64,000 nt of DNA from a virus. Lineage: Duplodnaviria > Heunggongvirae > Uroviricota > Caudoviricetes. Of this stretch, positions 56,758 to 64,000 are shown in pieces. The stretch spans positions 35,384 to 99,383 of the IMG/VR virus record IMGVR_UViG_3300028888_000051; one strand, 5' to 3'. Position numbers and translations under genes: made by a program. Within the stretch, counting starts at the first letter, position 1, and every line of letters begins with the position of its first letter. A model generated the notes under the pieces. That model ran no database searches, was not told the DNA's origin, and saw only the letters and a program-made list of their open reading frames with translations.

Positions 56758-57795
56758 TTATTCACTCGCTAAATTATTAAAATATCTTTTAATATATACA
56801 ATAGGTGTACCTTTATCACCACTACCAGATGTTAAATCCATTAATGAACCTAATAAATCAATATATCTTCTTGGTGTTGTACCTTGAGATGTCATGTTAC
56901 CTTTAAGATTATTATTTTTTTGTCTAATTTCTTGTTTAATAGCATTTGTTAAATTTTCACCAGATAAATCTTTATATTTGTCATCTGCAAAATTTTTAAT
57001 TTTAATTTCATTTGGTGTTCCTTCTAAACCATCAGTATAAGCTGGAGAAACTACAGGATCAGCAAATTCCCAAATGCCTCCAACAGGATCTTTAAAACAA
57101 CCATCACCATATATCATTACTTCAACTTTTTTACCTGTTTTTTCATAAATATAAGTTTGTATACCATCAACTAATTCTTGCGCTTTTTTAGTGTCTGGAA
57201 ATAGTTTTAACACTTCTTCTGAAGATTTGTTTGAACCATAGAGACCGTATTCACATTTATCTTCACAAATTCTAGCGAGATTCATTGTAAAATCTTGTCT
57301 ATGAATTTGACAATCTAAAACATCATCAAAAGAATGAGGTAAATCATTAATATATTCAATTACACATTTTTTACACTCTGCTTCAATAATACTCTTGTAG
57401 TATTCATCATAATTAAGTCCTGTAAATGGATGATTTTTTAATACATTACCAACTTCATCAATATCAGGCATAACAATAAATACAGTATCTTTAACAGCAC
57501 GAGCAATTGCTTTCAGAATCATCGCAAATCTATTACGAGAATAAATTGGTTTATAAACATGGATATTTTCTGGATTGTTAAACTTTTTCTTTATATCTTC
57601 TGCTACTTCATCAACAGTAACATAATTACCTTGTGCTCTTGCTACAATAGATTCTGTAATACCAATAATATCTTTATCTTCAATATTATCAATAGCATTC
57701 AAAACAGTATCACAAACAATTTGACATAAATTATCTCCTTCTCTAATGATAGGAGCAATTAATCCAGTAGAACTTACACCATATTTTTTAGTCAT
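56758..57795 (-). CDS. Coenzyme F420-0:gamma-glutamyl ligase (CofE)-like protein
   Basis: APIIREGDNL, DIIGITESIVARAQGN, VMIYGDG.FKDP...IWE.ADP, DLLGSL.DLTSGSGDKGTPIV. Confidence 0.75.
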   Translation of the reverse strand: MTKKYGVSSTGLIAPIIREGDNLCQIVCDTVLNAIDNIEDKDIIGITESIVARAQGNYVTVDEVAEDIKKKFNNPENIHVYKPIYSRNRFAMILKAIARAVKDTVFIVMPDIDEVGNVLKNHPFTGLNYDEYYKSIIEAECKKCVIEYINDLPHSFDDVLDCQIHRQDFTMNLARICEDKCEYGLYGSNKSSEEVLKLFPDTKKAQELVDGIQTYIYEKTGKKVEVMIYGDGCFKDPVGGIWEFADPVVSPAYTDGLEGTPNEIKIKNFADDKYKDLSGENLTNAIKQEIRQKNNNLKGNMTSQGTTPRRYIDLLGSLMDLTSGSGDKGTPIVYIKRYFNNLASE

Positions 57796-57981
57796 TATTT
57801 TTCCTTTCCAAAATTAAATTTATAATTTATTTTTTAACAAAGTAAAGCCATATATGTTCTAATAATAAGGTTATACTAACCTCTATTGTGATTCAATTTA
57901 ACGAAATCATGGGAAAAGTTTTAGAGTATCCCAAATTGAAAATAGATAATAGTATTAAGGGAAATATTAATTTCCCTTATT

Positions 57982-59415
57982 TTATTTTGATTGTCCTCCT
58001 GCAGATTTAATATTATAGCCAACATTTTCATTTATAGTTTTTGGATCCCATTGTTCAATCTCTCTTACTGAACATTTGCCGAGATTATTTTCAACCCATA
58101 CTATTGAATTAGCTAAACCTGTACGAGATTTTGCTAAAAATAATCTTGCACGAGATAGAGCTTTTTCTCCAGGATTTGAATTTATTGTAGTCATTGAATG
58201 AGCTAAATGTATTTTTTGAGCGGATTCACTAATACTATCCATACTAACCACATCATCTGCTTTAGTATTCCAAGAATATTTACCTAATTGTGATCCACTT
58301 AAAACAGGACAATCAAAACTAATAGCTAAATTTTTTAAATCGTTAGCTACTGCTCCCATATCTTCATAACTTCTTCCTATCATTTTTTGTATAGGTAAAA
58401 GTTTATCCATATAATCAATGATTATAAAGTCTGGTTTCCATTCAACACCACCCAATTCTTCTTTTCTTTCAATCATAACTTTTCTAATATAATTATGAAT
58501 TGTATCAGTGTTTATAGTTCCAGGTCTAAAAAATTTTATAAATAAATCAGCACCAAAAGTATTTATAAAATTATTTTTCTTTCTATCGTATTCTTCTCTA
58601 TTTTCTGGTTTTAATAAATCATAAATATTAAAGCCTGTAACTGATGTATTTATAAGAGCTTCTGTTTCTTCTGCTGTTAATTCTAAAGTAATTAAAATTA
58701 CTCTTTTTCCCATCATTAAAGCTTGTTTAGCCAAAAAAGCCATAATACGACTTTTACCACCTCCAGGAGGAGCAGCTATAATATGCAAATTGTTTCTTGT
58801 AAAACCGCCACCGAGGGCTTTATCCCAACCATCTATTCCAGTTTTTATCATATTTGATTTATCATAAATATTACTCATAGCTGTTATAAATTCATCAGTT
58901 GTTCTTTTAGAAAAATCAATACCTAAATCTTTTTCCATACCAATATCTAAAACTTCTTTAAATTTAGCTAAAGCTTCTTCATAATTATGAATTTTTAGAC
59001 AATTAGTAGCATTATATAATGCAGCTTTCCAAGTTGCTGTTTTTGCAAATTCTACGGCTTTTTCTTTAAAAAATTCATAATCATCTGATTCAGATACATC
59101 AAAAATTTCTTCCAATAATTGTTGATATTTATAATATTCTTTTGTCGATAGTGATAATTTATTAATTAAATCTTCAGCTTTTTGCTTTAATACAAGTTGT
59201 GTAGGAACATGTTTATGTTTTTTACAATAATCTCTAATCCATTTACAAATATTCTGCAAATAATGATTTTCAAAATATTCTGGTTTAATAACTTCTATTC
59301 CATTTAATTTAGTCCATGATTCATCATGAACCATTACGCTTAGAAACTTTTTTTGAACAGAAAGTGTAAATTCAGTTTCAAATGATTGTGTAATATTTGT
59401 ATCTAATTGTTCCAT
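57982..59415 (-). CDS. Replicative DnaB/T4 gp41-like helicase
   Basis: D.ALGGG, Walker A APPGGGKS, ITLEL, IIIDYMD, LKNLA....CPV...SQ, ISES, KSR.G. Confidence 0.88.
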   Translation of the reverse strand: MEQLDTNITQSFETEFTLSVQKKFLSVMVHDESWTKLNGIEVIKPEYFENHYLQNICKWIRDYCKKHKHVPTQLVLKQKAEDLINKLSLSTKEYYKYQQLLEEIFDVSESDDYEFFKEKAVEFAKTATWKAALYNATNCLKIHNYEEALAKFKEVLDIGMEKDLGIDFSKRTTDEFITAMSNIYDKSNMIKTGIDGWDKALGGGFTRNNLHIIAAPPGGGKSRIMAFLAKQALMMGKRVILITLELTAEETEALINTSVTGFNIYDLLKPENREEYDRKKNNFINTFGADLFIKFFRPGTINTDTIHNYIRKVMIERKEELGGVEWKPDFIIIDYMDKLLPIQKMIGRSYEDMGAVANDLKNLAISFDCPVLSGSQLGKYSWNTKADDVVSMDSISESAQKIHLAHSMTTINSNPGEKALSRARLFLAKSRTGLANSIVWVENNLGKCSVREIEQWDPKTINENVGYNIKSAGGQSK

Positions 59416-59493
59416 ATTAACTCCATATTGCTCTTATCAAAAATATAGAATATAATTTTTAACTTAAAAAAATAAATTAATTTTCTAAATAGT

Positions 59494-61047
59494 TTATTTT
59501 TTTAAATCTTTAATTAATTGTATAAAATCTAAGACATTATTAAAAATTTTTACTCCAGAATCAATCATAAGTTTTTTTCTTTTTTCATATTGTGTCGCAA
59601 AAATATAATTTCCACCTACATCTTTAAAATCTATGACAAATGATACGTTTTGTCCATCTTTCTTTTTACGACTAGCTCTTCCAATTCTTTGTATTCCAGA
59701 TATTGGAGTTTTACCTGCTGACCATAAAACTACTGCTTGAAAAATATCAATATCTACTCCTTCATCCATTACTGTTGATCCAAATATAATATTATAATCT
59801 TCTTCAGACATAGCTTTCTTTATAGTTTCAGTATCACCTTTTCTTTTGTCTAATTTTAAACCTCCTCGTGGACCATTAATCCATTCATAAATAGTTTCAT
59901 CACCACATATAAATAAAGATTTTATACCAGCTTCTTTTAATTCTTTCATACGAGCTTGTCCTGGTTTAATATTATTAACTGAAGCTAATGTTTTAATATT
60001 ATATTTATCTAAAAATTTTAACATTTCTATTCCTGCTTTATTACGTTCTTTATTATATGTTATATTTGCTCTATATATCATATAATAATTGTCTTTAAAT
60101 TGAGGTAAAACAAAAGCATCTTTATTTTTATAATTTATAAAATATCCATAAGGTTGAGCAATATTTTTTTCTTCTATACTTGTTTTCATTTCATATGTAA
60201 AAGTCGGTTCTCCGAGTATAGCTATTGTACAAAAATCATCAAAATCTTTAAATGGCTCTTTATGATTTCTAAATGGACTTCCACTATATCCAATTATATG
60301 TTTTAAATTATCAGGATTTATATAAAATATAGGTTCAAAAAAAGTTAAACTTTGAACATGTTGACATTCATCATAACATATTGTATTTACTTCATTTTTT
60401 AAAAAATTTATATATTTTTCATCTTGTCGATTAAGACGTGAATCTGATCCAGCGGTATTAAGTATTACTATTTGTTTTGTATAATCTGGTTCTTCACCTT
60501 TTTCCCAACTTATGTTATTCAGACCTACTGATTTTAATCTATCATAAATTTGTTGTAATATAAAATTATTATTATTTAATATTAAAATTTTACTATTATT
60601 TAATACTTTACATACAATAGACATAATACTAGTCTTTCCACTTCCCACCCCGGAGTAAATTAAACTTCTAAAATTATTTAATGAGGCTAAAGCAGCTTCG
60701 ACTTGATAATCTCTTGTTTCAAATTTTGAATTAATTTTTTCTATTTTTTCGCATACTGTTCTAACTTCATCTTCATCGTATTCATATTCATGCCATGGTT
60801 TATATTCGATACTAATACTTAAAATATTCGATAACCAAAAAGATAATCCACCTGGAAATCTTATTGTCTCATAAATAATATTTTCTATTTCAATTTTAGA
60901 AATAGTTTGCCAGTATATTGCAAATTTTTTTTCTTTTGTTTGATAATCATAATCTTCTTTAGTTAAAAGTTCTTTTACTTTATTTATAATAACTAAAGGT
61001 TCATTTATTATATAATCCCAGAATTGATTAGTATGTATTATAGGCAT
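59494..61047 (-). CDS. SF2 DNA helicase (UvsW-like)
   Basis: RDYQVEA, GVGSGKT, DECQH, GYSGSP, MDEGVDI, QRIGRASR. Confidence 0.85.
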   Translation of the reverse strand: MPIIHTNQFWDYIINEPLVIINKVKELLTKEDYDYQTKEKKFAIYWQTISKIEIENIIYETIRFPGGLSFWLSNILSISIEYKPWHEYEYDEDEVRTVCEKIEKINSKFETRDYQVEAALASLNNFRSLIYSGVGSGKTSIMSIVCKVLNNSKILILNNNNFILQQIYDRLKSVGLNNISWEKGEEPDYTKQIVILNTAGSDSRLNRQDEKYINFLKNEVNTICYDECQHVQSLTFFEPIFYINPDNLKHIIGYSGSPFRNHKEPFKDFDDFCTIAILGEPTFTYEMKTSIEEKNIAQPYGYFINYKNKDAFVLPQFKDNYYMIYRANITYNKERNKAGIEMLKFLDKYNIKTLASVNNIKPGQARMKELKEAGIKSLFICGDETIYEWINGPRGGLKLDKRKGDTETIKKAMSEEDYNIIFGSTVMDEGVDIDIFQAVVLWSAGKTPISGIQRIGRASRKKKDGQNVSFVIDFKDVGGNYIFATQYEKRKKLMIDSGVKIFNNVLDFIQLIKDLKK

Positions 61048-61113
61048 GATTTTTCTTCCATTTATTTATATTATTTCTATAGAATACTCATAAATCTCGG
61101 TTCTAATAAATAA

Positions 61114-61413
61114 TTGTTAAAAAGGAGTAATAAAATGTTCCAAAAGTTGAAAAAGCTTTTTTCTAAAAAAGAAAAAACAGATAATTTAATCTATACTAAT
61201 CAAGTAGTAAATTTTAAAGATTTAGCTTTACAAGATATTGAAATCTCTATTCAACCTGATGGTAACGGTACAGCTTTTGTTATTAGAGAATTAAAAAATA
61301 ATTATAAGATAGTATTAGATAAAGAAACATGCTTATTATTAAGTTTAATTTTAAGTCAATATTATAAAAAAGAAAATATCAGTTCATTAATGAATTTATT
61401 TGAAAAGGATTAA
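61114..61413 (+). CDS. Hypothetical late-operon protein
   Basis: GTTCTAA at 61100; AAGGAG SD before MFQKLK. Confidence 0.6.
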   Translation: MLKRSNKMFQKLKKLFSKKEKTDNLIYTNQVVNFKDLALQDIEISIQPDGNGTAFVIRELKNNYKIVLDKETCLLLSLILSQYYKKENISSLMNLFEKD

Positions 61414-61780
61414 TTTTATGGAAAAAGCAGTACAATTATCTGATAAAATTATAAAAGAAATTGAAGAATATTCAATAAATTATACTACAAATGAAGGAAA
61501 AATTGCTACAACAAACGTAGCTCTTCAAAAATTGAATACTATAATTGAAGATGGTTTTGTTTTATATAAATATATTGTAGAAAAGAAATTATATGAAAAA
61601 TATTCTTCTCTGACTCCATTATTAAATAGTTTAGCTGATACAATTAAAAAATTACAGATAAATGAACAAAATGCAAAAAAATTAAATTTGTCTTCTGCAA
61701 CACAAATTTGGCAACAAGCTAAGATTTCAATAGCTCTTTTAGCCTGTGAAATATTAGATTTAAGTGATGAGGATAAATAA
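61400..61780 (+). CDS. Hypothetical protein
   Basis: Coupled ORF; AAAGGA SD before MEKAVQ. Confidence 0.6.
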   Translation: MKRINFMEKAVQLSDKIIKEIEEYSINYTTNEGKIATTNVALQKLNTIIEDGFVLYKYIVEKKLYEKYSSLTPLLNSLADTIKKLQINEQNAKKLNLSSATQIWQQAKISIALLACEILDLSDEDK

Positions 61781-62184
61781 TGTTAAGAGTTGGAAATAGA
61801 ATAAGTTCACCTGTTTTAAAAGAACAAGCATATAGTGAAGATATTTTACAAAGACAAATAGTTGCTAAATTTAGAGCACATGGCGCTTTTGTAATTATGA
61901 CAGATGCAGTTGGTCCAGCTTTAAAATTTATTGCTGATCCAAAAAAGCGTATGGGTTTTATTTCTTGGTCGAAAGCTAGAGGTTGGGAAAAAGGTGTACC
62001 AGATTTATTAATAGTTTGGAAAGGAAAAGTCTTATTTTTAGAATTAAAATTTGGTAAGCAGGGTAGATTAAGTAATGAACAAAAATTATGGCAAAAGAAA
62101 ATCATAGATGCTGGTTATGAATATGCTTGTTGGCGCACATTAGAAGAATGTGAAGATTGGCTTGTAAAACAATTAGAGGAATAA
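61780..62184 (+). CDS. VRR-NUC (PD-(D/E)XK) nuclease
   Basis: SED.LQ..IV, G..KGVPDL......V.FLELK....GRLS.EQ..W. Confidence 0.85.
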   Translation: MLRVGNRISSPVLKEQAYSEDILQRQIVAKFRAHGAFVIMTDAVGPALKFIADPKKRMGFISWSKARGWEKGVPDLLIVWKGKVLFLELKFGKQGRLSNEQKLWQKKIIDAGYEYACWRTLEECEDWLVKQLEE

Positions 62185-62187
62185 TTT

Positions 62188-62664
62188 ATGGCTATTTATA
62201 GGGCAGTATTAAGATCTACACCAAAAGTAAGTCCAAAAACACCAACTACTGTATTGATTAATCCAACAATAAGTAATTTAGATGTACAATATTATGCTGG
62301 TACTCGCACTATTACTTTTTATGGAAGTGTTAAATCACATAATCAGTTCGGTAGTTATAATGTAATGTTAACTTTTAAAAACGTTAAACCTCACGATGGA
62401 CTTACCAATGAAGAAATAGCTCAAGGTTTTAAACCGAAACCAACTTTAGGCGAAAATGAAATTATGGGACGTTGTAGTTGTCCAAATTATAGGTTTAGAT
62501 TTGATAAAGCTAATAGAATGCATGGAGTTGGTACAGGTGCTAGATTTGGTTTTTATAGAAGAAAAACTAATCGAAAACCATATAATCCAAAAAATTTAAT
62601 TGGTTTTTGTGCGCATTTAATAGAATTTGTAAATTATCTTCAAGAAAATGGATTTGTATTATAA
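62188..62664 (+). CDS. SWIM zinc-finger-like protein
   Basis: RCSCPNY.FRF...NP.N..G.CAHL (CxC...CxH). Confidence 0.7.
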   Translation: MAIYRAVLRSTPKVSPKTPTTVLINPTISNLDVQYYAGTRTITFYGSVKSHNQFGSYNVMLTFKNVKPHDGLTNEEIAQGFKPKPTLGENEIMGRCSCPNYRFRFDKANRMHGVGTGARFGFYRRKTNRKPYNPKNLIGFCAHLIEFVNYLQENGFVL

Positions 62665-63269
62665 TGATAAAAGTATCTATAATAGTACCTGTATATAATA
62701 CAGAAAAATATTTATCAAGATGTTTAGATTCAATCATTAATCAAACTTTGAAAGAAATAGAAATTATTTGCATTAATGACGGCTCAATTGATAAATCTTT
62801 TGAAATATTAACAGAATATGCTAAAAAAGATAAAAGAATAGTTATTATAAATTTTAAGCAAAATCATGGTGTAAGTTTTGCTAGAAATAAAGCTTTAGAA
62901 ATAGCAAAAGGTCAATATATAGGATTTGTTGATAGTGATGATTATGTGGATTTGAAATATTATGAAGAATTATATAGTTATTCTAAAAATTATGATATAG
63001 TTAGAGGTATAAGAGTAATAGATAAAGATAGTAAAAGAGGTAAAAATCCATATGGTTGTATTATACCGTCGATTATAAGAAAAGCTGTTATAACAAATAA
63101 TAAATTGAAATTTCCATTAAATAAAAAATTAGGTGAAGATAGTACATTTAAAAGATGGTTATATAAAAAGACAAATAGTATTTTTGAATGCCCAGATAAT
63201 GGAATATATTATCATTACATGAGAAGAGAAGGATCGCTTTCAAATTATGATTCGAAGGTTTTATTATGA
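62664..63269 (+). CDS. Glycosyltransferase family 2
   Basis: KVSIIVPVYNTEKYL.RCLDS, INDGS.D, ARN..L..A.G.YI.FVDSDD, GED. Confidence 0.9.
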   Translation: MIKVSIIVPVYNTEKYLSRCLDSIINQTLKEIEIICINDGSIDKSFEILTEYAKKDKRIVIINFKQNHGVSFARNKALEIAKGQYIGFVDSDDYVDLKYYEELYSYSKNYDIVRGIRVIDKDSKRGKNPYGCIIPSIIRKAVITNNKLKFPLNKKLGEDSTFKRWLYKKTNSIFECPDNGIYYHYMRREGSLSNYDSKVLL

Positions 63270-63970
63270 AAAAATGTTTTATTTTTGCACATTATGATAA
63301 AAATAATGAAATAAAATCGTACATAATAAATGAAATAAATTTATTAAATGAGTTAGGTGATGTTTTATTCATATCTGATTGTGAATATATTTCTAATATC
63401 AAGGATTTACCGAAAGTTAAATATTTACAAATTTCTAGACACTCATTATATGATGCTCATTCTTATATTTGCGGATATAACTTTTTAAGATTTTCTAAAC
63501 AATTAGATTATTATGATAGTATTACTTTTGTTAATAGTTCAATTATATTTCCAACATGTGATAAAGAATCATTCATTAATAGTTTGATAAAAATAGATTT
63601 AGAAAAAGAAAGTGTATATGGCATGTGTAAATCTAGATATTTATTACAAAGTTATTGGATAACTTGTAAACAAAAAACTTATGAATATATAAATACGTTT
63701 TTTGATAATTATATTCCAGCAACTTTTGAATACGTAAACGAGTGGTGGAAAGAAAATGAAAATAAACATAAGATATTGATAAGATTTAAAAACAGTTTTG
63801 AAAAAAGAAAAATTGAAGTTGGAGAAGAATTAGCGAAAAAGTGGATGTATACAGTTGTTAATTTTGAGCATGGATTTAGTATATATTTATATAGAAAAGG
63901 ATTTAATTTAATAGCTTTAGATTATTGTAATTGGCCAAAGTCTAGATTTATCACGAAAGCTCCAAGATAG
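63266..63970 (+). CDS. RgpF-like (rhamnan synthesis) glycosyltransferase-related protein
   Basis: IFAHYDK, R...YD..SY..G, VNSS...P, LQSYW, FE.G.S..L...GF. Confidence 0.6.
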   Translation: MKKCFIFAHYDKNNEIKSYIINEINLLNELGDVLFISDCEYISNIKDLPKVKYLQISRHSLYDAHSYICGYNFLRFSKQLDYYDSITFVNSSIIFPTCDKESFINSLIKIDLEKESVYGMCKSRYLLQSYWITCKQKTYEYINTFFDNYIPATFEYVNEWWKENENKHKILIRFKNSFEKRKIEVGEELAKKWMYTVVNFEHGFSIYLYRKGFNLIALDYCNWPKSRFITKAPR

Positions 63971-64000
63971 AAAGTTCTATTACTACATAATATAAATAGT

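Noticed and set aside
3148-62105. Short antisense or out-of-frame ORFs (e.g. 3148-3345, 9103-9381, 13297-13593, 17553-17843, 20663-20911, 26447-26734, 30169-30405, 51939-52166, 61719-62105)
   Set aside because: Shadow frames of better-supported genes, with no SD and F/I/L/S-rich antisense composition.
1-64000. Stop-codon reassignment, as in some gut jumbo phages
   Set aside because: Coding density is high under code 11, conserved genes are intact, and TAA, TAG and TGA all end genes. There is no canonical suppressor tRNA.

Overview
This 64-kb, very AT-rich, gene-dense window looks like part of a large lytic tailed phage (jumbo or T4-like replication and capsid genes) using the standard genetic code. 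Most genes are on the minus strand. Layout: (1) 1-15 kb holds small genes behind sigma70-like promoters, dominated by about 25 short proteins sharing a C-terminal helix motif. (2) 14.7-22 kb holds a T4 gp23-like major capsid gene flanked by HNH/NUMOD genes and a DNA methyltransferase. (3) 22-38 kb is an early-type run of small genes with a MoxR ATPase plus VWA-peptidase pair. (4) 38-40 kb is mostly non-coding, with phased CAATTA repeats, a four-run G-tract motif and 7-bp repeats (candidate origin or genome end). (5) 42.5-51 kb holds 21 canonical tRNAs covering 19 amino acids (no Val), plus several tRNA-like and structured RNAs. (6) 51-64 kb holds metabolic and replication genes. Main finding: each of the two tRNA arrays is preceded by a tiny leader-peptide ORF missing from the ORF track (44553-44627 and 51032-51100, minus strand). 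The codons of each leader list the amino acids of the downstream tRNAs, and each is followed by mutually exclusive antiterminator and terminator hairpins. This looks like ribosome-mediated attenuation that turns on phage tRNA synthesis when those tRNAs are depleted. All calls come from reading motifs by eye; no database search or folding program was run.
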